Part shown: one piece after another, positions 1-8,522 of the stretch
How positions within the stretch are numbered: position 1 is the stretch's first letter
How the letters are laid out: every line of letters begins with the position of its first letter
Assembly: GCA_048938295.1 (NCBI GenBank)
Contig: JBHLMI010000022.1
Coordinates: forward strand, 1-32,000
From: Promethearchaeota archaeon
GTDB taxonomy: Archaea; Asgardarchaeota; Hermodarchaeia; Hermodarchaeales; Hermodarchaeaceae
DNA: 32,000 nucleotides
Direction of reading: 5' to 3'
Program-made: the position numbers and the translations under genes
The notes under the pieces: model-generated
What the model was told of the DNA's origin: nothing
Database searches by the model: none
The model's input: the letters and a program-made list of their open reading frames with translations, nothing else

Positions 1-64
1 TTTTTTACCATTTTTTTCAGGCAACTCATGCAACTCCATGCTACTAGCAGTTGCTAATGTTAGA

Positions 65-84
65 ATATTCGACATTTTGAATAT
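65..84. promoter_or_regulatory. Palindromic operator ATATTC-N8-GAATAT (candidate ArsR-family site), just downstream of a putative minus-strand promoter
   Basis: Perfect 6-bp inverted repeat at 65-70/79-84. The minus strand has GGGGAAAAGCTTTTATG (BRE+TATA-like) at 107-91, 6 nt upstream of the site. Confidence 0.55.
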
Positions 85-214
85 GTTCAGCATAAAAGCT
101 TTTCCCCTATTTTACGCACTAGATAGATAACCATTGAAATGCTGATAGAATGTGTTTAGAAGGCTTCATCAGCAAACAACATTTTTACTGCGTTGGACGA
201 TGAGCGTTTAATTT

Positions 215-230
215 CCAAAAACTTTATGTA
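215..230 (+). promoter_or_regulatory. Putative BRE + TATA box of the complex I-like operon
   Basis: CCAAAAAC-TTTATGTA, with the TATA-like octamer at 223-230, about 70 nt upstream of the nuoA ATG. Confidence 0.55.
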
Positions 231-247
231 TTAGAATATTTGAATAC
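228..247. promoter_or_regulatory. Second palindromic operator GTATTA-GAATATTT-GAATAC overlapping the 3' edge of the TATA box
   Basis: 16/20 positions are self-complementary, with the same 6-N8-6 geometry as the 65-84 site. TTAGAATATT(C/T)GA occurs at both 60-72 and 231-243. Confidence 0.55.
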
Positions 248-297
248 GTCGGATTGACTTGCTGTAGCAATAAGGTCACCATGAGGACGGTTTGACA

Positions 298-663
298 ATG
301 CAACTTGTAGAATTTGGCCTCATTCTTGTTTTCATTGCACTAATCTTCACATCGTTTCTTGCTTCCATCATTCTTTCTAGACTTGTTAGTCCCAGAAATC
401 CTTCCAAGGAGAAAACAACAAGTTTTGAATGTGGCGAGGCCCCAAGTGGAGCTGGACGGGACCAGTTCGTCTTCAGATATTATCCCTACTTGTTGATGTT
501 CTTAGTGTTTGACGTTTCAGCGATGTTCCTATTTGCTTGGGCGGGGGCTTTCTCCTCGTTAGGCTTCGAGCTTCACATGATTGTGTTAGCCTTCCTTTTG
601 ATTGTTTTACCACCGATTGCATATGCGGTGAATGTGGCGGCGAGGGCCGAAAGGTGGGAATAA
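298..663 (+). CDS. nuoA: NADH-quinone oxidoreductase subunit A
   Basis: Three TM segments, K-x4-FECGEAP loop and [13 protein letters not shown] motif. ATG 298 chosen over TTG 292. Confidence 0.93.
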   Translation: MQLVEFGLILVFIALIFTSFLASIILSRLVSPRNPSKEKTTSFECGEAPSGAGRDQFVFRYYPYLLMFLVFDVSAMFLFAWAGAFSSLGFELHMIVLAFLLIVLPPIAYAVNVAARAERWE

Positions 664-665
664 CT

Positions 666-1181
666 ATGACAGGAATCGGTTCAGCCTTTGTTGGTTCGCT
701 CCGCAGTGCCTTGAACCGTGTGGTTAATGTCAAACCATTTCGATACCTGGTGAATTGGTCACGATTGTATTCTCTCTGGCCTGTCCATTTGACGACCGCA
801 TGTTGTAGCGTGGAATTCGGAGCAACGATGGGCTCAGGTTTCGATGCGGAACGACTTGGCGTTCTTCCTCTCGGATCTTTGCGGCAATGCGATCTCCTGA
901 TCATTGAGGGAACTGTAACGAAGAAAATGGCTGAGAGGATTGTTCGGATTTACCACCAGATGGCTTCTCCACGTTATGTAATTGCTATGGGGGCTTGTGC
1001 AATAACAGGCGGGGTCTTTCGAGGTTCTTACAGCATAGTTCCAGGTGTTGATAAGATACTCCCAGTCGATGTGTATGTTCCGGGGTGTCCACCTCGACCG
1101 GAAATGCTCATAGATGCAATTTTGGAGCTTCAACAAAAAATCAGGGAATCTAAGGTGAGTTTAGTTGATGATACAAAGTGA
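666..1181 (+). CDS. nuoB: NADH-quinone oxidoreductase subunit B (N2 cluster)
   Basis: Tandem-Cys [21 protein letters not shown] and [13 protein letters not shown] motifs. The true start is ATG 666; the ORF-track extension to 537 overlaps nuoA. Confidence 0.96.
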   Translation: MTGIGSAFVGSLRSALNRVVNVKPFRYLVNWSRLYSLWPVHLTTACCSVEFGATMGSGFDAERLGVLPLGSLRQCDLLIIEGTVTKKMAERIVRIYHQMASPRYVIAMGACAITGGVFRGSYSIVPGVDKILPVDVYVPGCPPRPEMLIDAILELQQKIRESKVSLVDDTK

Positions 1182-1479
1182 TGTGTTTGAATTGCAGGCA
1201 GAAATCTGTAAGGTGTTAGCGAATCCTAAACGTATCCGCATTATACACATACTAAAAGATACTGAAAAGACGGTAACAGAAATTTCCCAAGAGCTTGGGA
1301 TTACCCAATCAAATACTTCACAGCACTTAATGAAAATGAAAGCAAAAGGCGTCCTTAAATCACGAAGAGATGGACGCGAGATATACTACAGCATTGCAGT
1401 TCCTGAGCTTTCCCTTGCCTGTGAGTTCGTTGGACGCGCCTTAGAGAAAATCATAGTTAGACCCACGACTATGAGATAG
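1168..1479 (+). CDS. ArsR/SmtB-family winged-helix transcriptional repressor with two Cys (C14, C85)
   Basis: [13 protein letters not shown]...[20 protein letters not shown]...[11 protein letters not shown] pattern. SD GGTGAG at 1154-1159. Overlaps the nuoB stop. Confidence 0.92.
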   Translation: MIQSDVFELQAEICKVLANPKRIRIIHILKDTEKTVTEISQELGITQSNTSQHLMKMKAKGVLKSRRDGREIYYSIAVPELSLACEFVGRALEKIIVRPTTMR

Positions 1480-1486
1480 GAGAGGG

Positions 1487-1960
1487 ATGAATTTGTCGAA
1501 GTATCTTAAGGCCATTGAATCCACTTTCACAGAAACAGCCGTTAAGATTAGCGAGAGGTACCCAAACCAACCTGTAATTCGCGCAGACCGTGAATCCCTA
1601 CAATCCATCGCGCAGCATCTAAAAGACACCATAGGATTCGATCATGCAATATCAGTTACAATCATTGATGACATTGAGAATAGCCAGTTTCTGATCGCTT
1701 ACCATCTTTCCTCAGTCCAAATTGTCAAACTTCATGGAATTGTCTTGACCCTAGAAGTAACTGTTCCGAGAGCGAGTCCCCGCTTACCATCCTTGATTTC
1801 AATCTGGCCCAGTGTTGAGTTTCACGAACGGGAGGGATGGGAGATGTTTGGTGTAGAGTTTGAAGGGCATCCCAGGCTTGAACGACTGCTTTTGCCAGAA
1901 TCCTGGGAGGGGGGCAATCCACTTCGAAAAGACTTCAGATTACCGGAGGACTCACAATGA
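1487..1960 (+). CDS. nuoC: NADH-quinone oxidoreductase subunit C
   Basis: EREGWEMFGVEFEGHPRLERLLLPESWEGGNPLRKDF signature. Confidence 0.95.
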   Translation: MNLSKYLKAIESTFTETAVKISERYPNQPVIRADRESLQSIAQHLKDTIGFDHAISVTIIDDIENSQFLIAYHLSSVQIVKLHGIVLTLEVTVPRASPRLPSLISIWPSVEFHEREGWEMFGVEFEGHPRLERLLLPESWEGGNPLRKDFRLPEDSQ

Positions 1961-3036
1961 GTAAAATCGAGTATAGCATGGGTCCCCAACATGCAGGTAC
2001 AGGTCATATGCGTTTGAAGATCCATCTATCAGGTGACCATGTAATCCAAGCGCTACCAGATCCGGGTTATGTGCATCGGGGAGCAGAAAAGCTCTGTGAG
2101 TCAAAGGAATTCCTCTGGAACATTCCTCTCCTTGAACGCGTATGTCTCCCGGATACTACTTCTGCTGCATGGGGATACGTCCTCGCGCTTGAACGGCTAT
2201 TGGGGGTAGAACCCACCGAGCCTGCTCAGTATATGCGCGCTTTATTCGCAGAGATGAATCGAATTGTAAGCCACCTATATTGGCTTGCGATCTTTGGTAT
2301 TTTTCTTGGCCACTCAACGATGTTCATGTGGCCCTTCGCTGATCGTGAACCTTTCATTGCGCTTGCCGAAGCAATTTCCGGGGCCCGATTGACCTACACT
2401 GATATATACCCAACGGGCGTGCGTCATAGACTCCCCGATAATTTTGTGCCACAAATGATGAAGGTAACCAAAAATTTCCGTAGCCGTCTTGTCGATTATG
2501 AGCGGATCTTCTTCACGACCGACATTTTCAAACAGCGAACCAAAGAGGTTGGGGTCCTTACAAAAGAGGAGGCTATTCGATTGGGAACCACTGGACCCGT
2601 TCTTAGAGGATCTGGTGTGAATTATGACCTTCGGAAAATTGATCATTATGGACCTTATTCTAAATTAGATTTTAGACCTGCTGTTATGGATGGCGGGGAT
2701 AGCTACTCCAGGGCAATGGTTCGGTTAGAGGAAATGCGGACAAGTACCTCATTAATTGAGCAAATATTGGAGAAGATGCCTTCAGGAGAGGTCGGGCAAA
2801 GAATGCCGAAGAGAGTTCCCGCCGGCACCGCTTATACACGAGTAGAATCTGCCCGGGGCGAAATAGGGTATCTAGTTGTAAGCAATGGTGAGAAATACCC
2901 AAGCCGTGTAAAAATTAGTACGCCGTGCTTCCGTCACCTTCCAGCTCTTGAATTCTTGCTCAAAGACATTGACCTGGCAGACGTGCCAACCATTTACTGG
3001 AGTCTTGATTACTGGCCACCAAATGCGGATAGGTAG
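1957..3036 (+). CDS. nuoD: NADH-quinone oxidoreductase subunit D (TACK-type, no NiFe site)
   Basis: GPQH, GYVHRGAEK, AEMNRIVSHL, GPVLRGSG, VESARGE and C-terminal SLDYWPPNADR. No CxxC pair at either end. Confidence 0.95.
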   Translation: MSKIEYSMGPQHAGTGHMRLKIHLSGDHVIQALPDPGYVHRGAEKLCESKEFLWNIPLLERVCLPDTTSAAWGYVLALERLLGVEPTEPAQYMRALFAEMNRIVSHLYWLAIFGIFLGHSTMFMWPFADREPFIALAEAISGARLTYTDIYPTGVRHRLPDNFVPQMMKVTKNFRSRLVDYERIFFTTDIFKQRTKEVGVLTKEEAIRLGTTGPVLRGSGVNYDLRKIDHYGPYSKLDFRPAVMDGGDSYSRAMVRLEEMRTSTSLIEQILEKMPSGEVGQRMPKRVPAGTAYTRVESARGEIGYLVVSNGEKYPSRVKISTPCFRHLPALEFLLKDIDLADVPTIYWSLDYWPPNADR

Positions 3037-3042
3037 TGAGAA

Positions 3043-4092
3043 ATGATGCAAATTTTAGAAACGATTAATGTGTTCATTCTGCAGATAATTACCTTTATTC
3101 AAGTGAATTTCACAACCATTTTTCTCATAACCGTCTTCCCGGGTTTTCTCACTATTGTTCTCGCCGCAGCAGCAATAATTTGGTTTGAACGAAAATTCTT
3201 GGCAAAAATGCAATTGCGCGTAGGTCCTCAATATGCAGGACGCATTGGTGGTATATTTCAACCTATTGCTGACTTTTTGAAACTCATCTTCAAGGAAGGA
3301 ATAATTCCCAAACGTGCAGATAGTTTCTTCTATCAATTGGCACCATTACTTATTGTTACCCTTGCAGCTGTAACAGCAACCGTTATCCCTGTAGGGCCCA
3401 ATGCAGTGATAGCTAATCTTCAATTTGGGCTGCTATTTATCTTCGCAGTTGGAGCGATTTTCCCAGTTCTAGCCTTCTTGACTGCGTGGGCGAGTAATAG
3501 CGTGTATCCGTTTCTAGGAGGTTTACGTGCCCTTCTCCAAATGATCGCCTATGAGGTGCCCTTGTGGCTATCGGCCGTAGGCGTAGTTATTCTAGCAGGC
3601 TCTTTCAACCTCACTGAGATTGTTTTAGCACAAAATTGGCTTTGGTTTGTAATTCTCATGCCTCTTGGTGCAATAATCTATTTCATAGCACTCTTAGTTG
3701 AAATTGAGCGCCTCCCCTTTGACTTGCCTGAAGCAGAACCAGAGATTGTGACAGGTTACATGAGCGAATATTCGGGGATGAACTTTGGGCTTATGATGAT
3801 GTCACAATACCTCAAGTTATACCTGGGGGCACTACTATTCACGACCCTCTTCTTAGGCGGATGGTTAATGCCTCCGTTCATCACGAATATGTTTCCATTT
3901 ATTCCACTATTTGTTTGGACCTTACTCAAAACGGCCTTTGTCATTGTCCTCTTCCTAATTCCACGAGGAATCTACCCACGCGTGAAACTCTCGATACTTC
4001 TTCGTTTGGGGTGGAACCGTTTGTTCCTCCTTGCGATTGTGAACCTCTTCCTGGTTGTTGGAATAATGATTTTCTTCGGAGGGATTCCTTAA
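3043..4092 (+). CDS. nuoH: NADH-quinone oxidoreductase subunit H
   Basis: ERKFLAKMQLRVGP, QPIADFLKLIFKE and ERLPFDLPEAEPEIVTGYMSEYSG motifs; about 8 TM segments. Confidence 0.96.
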   Translation: MMQILETINVFILQIITFIQVNFTTIFLITVFPGFLTIVLAAAAIIWFERKFLAKMQLRVGPQYAGRIGGIFQPIADFLKLIFKEGIIPKRADSFFYQLAPLLIVTLAAVTATVIPVGPNAVIANLQFGLLFIFAVGAIFPVLAFLTAWASNSVYPFLGGLRALLQMIAYEVPLWLSAVGVVILAGSFNLTEIVLAQNWLWFVILMPLGAIIYFIALLVEIERLPFDLPEAEPEIVTGYMSEYSGMNFGLMMMSQYLKLYLGALLFTTLFLGGWLMPPFITNMFPFIPLFVWTLLKTAFVIVLFLIPRGIYPRVKLSILLRLGWNRLFLLAIVNLFLVVGIMIFFGGIP

Positions 4093-4520
4093 TGCCAATT
4101 AGAGCATCATGGGCGGGATTCAAACAACTTTTCAAGCGTCGTGTCACAATCAAATATCCAAGTGAAGAATTAGAACTGCCAAAGAGTGAACGCGCGCGGC
4201 ATGTCTTCTATTTCAATCGGTGTATCAGTTGTTCTTTATGCGCTCGAAGTTGCCCAACAGCAGCCATTACTATGATTGAGTATCCTGGAGAGGAAAAACC
4301 GAAAAAACACCCACAGATTGATTATGGCCGTTGCATATTTTGTGGATATTGTGTTGATGTCTGCCCAAAGCATGCTTTAGTTCATTCTCGCTATTTTCAC
4401 CTCGCAACTCGTGAAACTTCACCATTGGTCTATAGTCCAGATCAACTCGCTGAGATTCCTGAAGGAGAAGAGCATCTTCTCCCCTCCGAAGAGGAATTGA
4501 AGAAGGAGGAAGAACCATGA
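4092..4520 (+). CDS. nuoI: NADH-quinone oxidoreductase subunit I (2x[4Fe-4S])
   Basis: VTIKYP, CISCSLCARSCP and CIFCGYCVDVCP. Start ATG overlaps the nuoH stop (TAATG). Confidence 0.95.
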   Translation: MPIRASWAGFKQLFKRRVTIKYPSEELELPKSERARHVFYFNRCISCSLCARSCPTAAITMIEYPGEEKPKKHPQIDYGRCIFCGYCVDVCPKHALVHSRYFHLATRETSPLVYSPDQLAEIPEGEEHLLPSEEELKKEEEP

Positions 4521-5035
4521 TTGATCCATTCTTCTTACCAGATCTTGGAGTGCTTATAATCGGAGTGCTAACGGTTGGTGCGGCGATTGCAGCAGTCGAA
4601 TCCAGAGAAATCGTGTATGGAGCCATTTCATTAGCAGGAATGATCCTAGGGATTGCAGGACTTTACATCTTATTGGATGCAACTTATGCCGCAATGTTCC
4701 AGATCTCTGTGTATATAGGTGCAGTGGTAGTTCTCATTTTCTTTACTATCATGGTCGTCCCATATGAAGTTTGGAGGCACCGACTCAAACGACCATGGCG
4801 TGAATGGCTGATTCCACTAATTATCAATGGTTTTCTTCTCGGTGTGCTTCTCTACATCTTTAACACACCTGCCATTGTCTCAGCCCTTCCTGATCCAGCC
4901 TTCAGTTGGAATATGGCAGACCTAACAGTAGTCCTTCTACAGGATTATGGTGTGGTTCTACTAGTTCTCGGACTCGTACTCGTCTCAGCACTCCTAGGAG
5001 CACTAACTCTAACCAAAAAGGAGAACGAATCCTAA
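4517..5035 (+). CDS. nuoJ: NADH-quinone oxidoreductase subunit J
   Basis: Five hydrophobic segments, QISVYIGAVVVLIFF motif and canonical position between nuoI and nuoK. Confidence 0.9.
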   Translation: MIDPFFLPDLGVLIIGVLTVGAAIAAVESREIVYGAISLAGMILGIAGLYILLDATYAAMFQISVYIGAVVVLIFFTIMVVPYEVWRHRLKRPWREWLIPLIINGFLLGVLLYIFNTPAIVSALPDPAFSWNMADLTVVLLQDYGVVLLVLGLVLVSALLGALTLTKKENES

Positions 5036-5355
5036 TGGCATCACTTTTCGTGTATCTGATAATCGTTGCGGCTCTCGTTGTTATTGGACTCTATGGACTG
5101 ACAAGTAAACGGAATGTCATGCGGTTATTCTTCAGTATTGAAATACTCATGAATGGGGCGAACTTGAGTATCGTTGTATTTGCTCGATACATCCTCTGGG
5201 GAACCGCAGCACTCGCAATTAATGGGCAAGCCATCGTACTTTTCGCAATTTCCCTTGAGGCAGCTGAAGCCGTCGTCGCGCTTGCCATTATTCTACTAGT
5301 TTCACGTGTGCGTGGTTCAGTGGACATCCATGAACTACGTGACTTGGAGGGTTAA
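5035..5355 (+). CDS. nuoK: NADH-quinone oxidoreductase subunit K
   Basis: KRNVMRLFFSIEILMNGANL and AAEAVVALA motifs, 106 aa. Start ATG overlaps the nuoJ stop. Confidence 0.93.
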   Translation: MASLFVYLIIVAALVVIGLYGLTSKRNVMRLFFSIEILMNGANLSIVVFARYILWGTAALAINGQAIVLFAISLEAAEAVVALAIILLVSRVRGSVDIHELRDLEG

Positions 5356-5360
5356 CAGCG

Positions 5361-6893
5361 ATGCAGACACTATTCGACTCGGTCATATTATTCCTGCAAA
5401 TGTATCCACTAACTCTTGGTGTATTCATTCCAATTCTCTTTACTGGGTTAATCCTCTTCTTCGCCCGTCACAGAGAACGACTAGCAATCTGCTTAAGCGT
5501 TCTGGCGATTTTCCTTTCTACTACCCTGGTTTTTTTCCGAGGATTTGATTTATTTCCATTCTCAGCTACCTCACCCGCTTATGTTGCGGAGACAGTTCTC
5601 TGGATTCCTACCCTTAATATCAGCCTCAGTTTCATGCTCGATGGTCTCAATTTCCCCATCGTTCTTATCACAGCAATTGTAACCACACTAATACTTCTCT
5701 TTACTAGACATTACTTCGAAGATGAGAAGAATAGTGGAACCTACATCGCAACCATCATCGTGATGTACAGTGGAATGCTAGGCGTATTTGTTGCTGCAGA
5801 TCTTTTCTTATTCTATCTTTTTTGGGAAATCACAATAATCCCTGCATATGCATTGGTCATCTATTGGCGAGAAGCGGGAGTATCTAAGGAAGACGCTCGA
5901 AGAACCGGTTTGAAGTTCTTCCTTTGGACCCATGTCGGGTCACTTGTCATGCTCATGGGCTTAATCCTCGTTTTCATCCTAACTGGTACAACGAATATGG
6001 TTGATATTCCTATAGCGCTAACAACAGTACCTATAACAAACATCCACATAATGCAATTTGCTGCAGCCGCGCTGATTTTTGGGTTCATCGTCAAACTTGG
6101 TATCTTCCCTGTCCATAGTTGGCTCCCCGACACATACGTCCAAGTGTCCTCACCTGCTACAGCCATGTTTGGTGGACTTCTTGCCAACATTGGGGCTTAT
6201 GGTCTAATTCGTATTGCCACAAGCTGGTTTCCATTCATTATAGCCGCTTGGTCACTTCCACTAGGATTGATAGCGGTAGTCTCAATCATCTATGGTGGTT
6301 ATATCGCGTTAGGCCAAGGAGAGTTCAAGCGACGATGGGCATATTCGAGTGTGAGCCAAGGTGGATACATTCTCCTTGGAGTCGCCTCAGTGACATCCCT
6401 TGGAGTAGCTGGTGCAACTTTTCACATAATCAATTCCGCAATCATTAAATCAGCACTATTTCTCACTGCTGGCGCTTATCTCATGGTTCTGAAAACCACT
6501 GATATTGAGTCCCTTCGAGGCATGGGCACAAAGATGCCGATAACTGGTATTGCCTTCCTACTTATGGCCTTGGCAATGGCAGGAATTCCTCCCTTAAGCG
6601 GATTCATTAGCGAAGTCCTCATCTTCTTGGGGATTTTCACAATTTCAAGTGCCATTATTATTGCTCTAATTGGTGCAGCCGCGATTCTGGTGACTTTTGT
6701 ATATGTACTTGGTCCCATCTACAAACTTTTCGTGGCGCCCCCCAAGACCGAACAACCCCAATTCAACGATCCGAGTTTATGGCAAACGATTCCATTCATC
6801 CTCTTGACAATCTTTGTGTTTATTCTTGGGATTTGGCCTAATCTGGTGTTGACACCGATTGGACATTGGCTACAGAGCATGGGAGGACTCTAA
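5361..6893 (+). CDS. Extra antiporter-like subunit 1 (NuoM/MrpD-like, 510 aa)
   Basis: FWEIT (TM5 Glu), VKLGIFPVHSWLPD (TM7 Lys), YSSVSQGGY and GIPPLSGFISE (TM12 Glu, M-type). The TM8 Lys position is Asn. Confidence 0.88.
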   Translation: MQTLFDSVILFLQMYPLTLGVFIPILFTGLILFFARHRERLAICLSVLAIFLSTTLVFFRGFDLFPFSATSPAYVAETVLWIPTLNISLSFMLDGLNFPIVLITAIVTTLILLFTRHYFEDEKNSGTYIATIIVMYSGMLGVFVAADLFLFYLFWEITIIPAYALVIYWREAGVSKEDARRTGLKFFLWTHVGSLVMLMGLILVFILTGTTNMVDIPIALTTVPITNIHIMQFAAAALIFGFIVKLGIFPVHSWLPDTYVQVSSPATAMFGGLLANIGAYGLIRIATSWFPFIIAAWSLPLGLIAVVSIIYGGYIALGQGEFKRRWAYSSVSQGGYILLGVASVTSLGVAGATFHIINSAIIKSALFLTAGAYLMVLKTTDIESLRGMGTKMPITGIAFLLMALAMAGIPPLSGFISEVLIFLGIFTISSAIIIALIGAAAILVTFVYVLGPIYKLFVAPPKTEQPQFNDPSLWQTIPFILLTIFVFILGIWPNLVLTPIGHWLQSMGGL

Positions 6894-6895
6894 CA

Positions 6896-8521
6896 ATGCT
6901 TCCCGGAATTGCTCTTCCATTCCCATTCCTGCTTCTATCACTTCTCATTCCAGTCATTGCAGGGATTCTTATCCTACTTTCCCTTTTAGTAGGAAAACCC
7001 CTTGGACGAAAAGGTTCCGGAATCATTGCGTCGATTGCCCTGGCAATTTCATTCACCACTCTACTGTATGTTCTTAGTATTGTACTCACTTTAGGACAAC
7101 CAGTCTACGAAGAGCATTATTGGTTCTCAATAGGAACAGTGGTCGTCGAATTTTCACTCCTCGCGGATTTCCTTAGCCTTCCCCTTTCATTGGCAATTGT
7201 TGGGTTGTGTACTGCATCAGCAGTATACAGCATCGAATACATCAAAGATAAACACGATTTTGCCATGTACTATGTTCTGTTACTCCTCTTTGCAGTCGGC
7301 ATGCTAGGAGTGACCATGGCAACGAACCTTCTTGTATTTTTCATCTTCTTTGAAGGTATGAACGTTCCCGCTTACTTCCTTGTCTCCAACTGGGGCACGA
7401 AGAAGGCCAAGATCATCGGCGTGAAATATATCCTCTATGTTTTCATCGGTGCTATTTGTATTCTTGCTGCAATTTTTTGGGTCTTCGGTATCACTAGTGC
7501 TTTGGGTACTCCGACACTAAATATCTATGAGGTCCCAGCACTACTTAGTCCACTTGCTTCAACGAGTCTACTCATCATGCAAAGCCTTGCCCTCCTCTTC
7601 TCCATCGGATTTTTTGTGAAAATGGCAATATTTCCACTTCATTCCTGGCTTCCTGACTTTCATGGAGAAGCCCCAGTGCCGATTCATGCATTATTGAGCG
7701 CTGTCATGATTAAGACAGGGGCTTACGGCTTCATCCGCATTACCTACTTCTTCTTCCCGCTTGTCGTATTACAAGCTTCAATTCTCCTAGCTGTTCTTGC
7801 CATTATCACGATGATTTGGGGAGCAGGTATGGCCCTGGTTCAAACGGATTACAAACGTGTACTCGCTTATAGCTCAGTCAATCAGATCGGTTATATCCTT
7901 CTGGGCTTCAGTACAATGAACATTTTCGGAATCACGGGAGCCCTCTTTCACATCTTAACTCATGGTCTGTCGAAAGGCGTCTTACTCTATACTGCAGGCT
8001 CCGTCGTTCATTCTGCAGGAACGAAACTCATCAACAAGATGGGAGGTTTAGCTTCGAAGATGCCTCTGACAGCAACTCTGAGCACCATAGGCGCATTAGC
8101 TATCGCAGGAACGCCACCACTTGCCACATTTGTCAGTGAGGCCTTCATCTTCATCGGGGTCTTCACCGTAGGTGTCAACTATCCGATTTTTACTGTCATA
8201 GGAGTAATTGGCATCATTTCCACAGCGCTTACTGCAGCGTATTATTTATGGACCGTGCGTCGGATGTTCCTCGGTCCACCATCCACGGAAATGGACAAAA
8301 CATACGAAGAATATCTCGCTGGCAGATACATTTCACCAGAGGGAATTCCACGTCGATTTGAGGAGGCCCATGAATCACCGCCGTTGATGACCATTCCGAT
8401 GCTGATTGTCGCGTTACTCATTATCCTCTTTGGTGTGTTTGCAGCCCTTATTCTCCCAATCATTTATCCCGCAGCTGAAGCGGCCATTGCAATTCTAACA
8501 GCTGCGATAGGAGGACTCTGA
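6896..8521 (+). CDS. Extra antiporter-like subunit 2 (NuoM/MrpD-like, 541 aa)
   Basis: FFEGM, VKMAIFPLHSWLPD, MIKTGAYG, YSSVNQIGY and GTPPLATFVSE. ATG 6896 follows SD GGAGG at 6882-6886. Confidence 0.88.
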   Translation: MLPGIALPFPFLLLSLLIPVIAGILILLSLLVGKPLGRKGSGIIASIALAISFTTLLYVLSIVLTLGQPVYEEHYWFSIGTVVVEFSLLADFLSLPLSLAIVGLCTASAVYSIEYIKDKHDFAMYYVLLLLFAVGMLGVTMATNLLVFFIFFEGMNVPAYFLVSNWGTKKAKIIGVKYILYVFIGAICILAAIFWVFGITSALGTPTLNIYEVPALLSPLASTSLLIMQSLALLFSIGFFVKMAIFPLHSWLPDFHGEAPVPIHALLSAVMIKTGAYGFIRITYFFFPLVVLQASILLAVLAIITMIWGAGMALVQTDYKRVLAYSSVNQIGYILLGFSTMNIFGITGALFHILTHGLSKGVLLYTAGSVVHSAGTKLINKMGGLASKMPLTATLSTIGALAIAGTPPLATFVSEAFIFIGVFTVGVNYPIFTVIGVIGIISTALTAAYYLWTVRRMFLGPPSTEMDKTYEEYLAGRYISPEGIPRRFEEAHESPPLMTIPMLIVALLIILFGVFAALILPIIYPAAEAAIAILTAAIGGL

Positions 8522-8522
8522 T

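Noticed and set aside
21-41. Short tandem repeat GCAACTC(C)ATG x2
   Set aside because: Only two copies of 10-11 nt at the window edge; not a CRISPR array or a recognisable element.
666-3036. Group 4 NiFe hydrogenase (Mbh/Ech/Hyf) interpretation
   Set aside because: The large subunit lacks both CxxC pairs (only one Cys remains), the small subunit has the complex I tandem CC motif, and no maturation genes are present.
5361-8521. Extra antiporter genes as a separate Mrp Na+/H+ antiporter
   Set aside because: No MrpB/E/F/G genes and no internal promoter gap. Both have the NuoM-type TM12 Glu, and the NuoL helix insertion accounts for exactly two extra modules. Phylogeny is still needed to exclude it fully.
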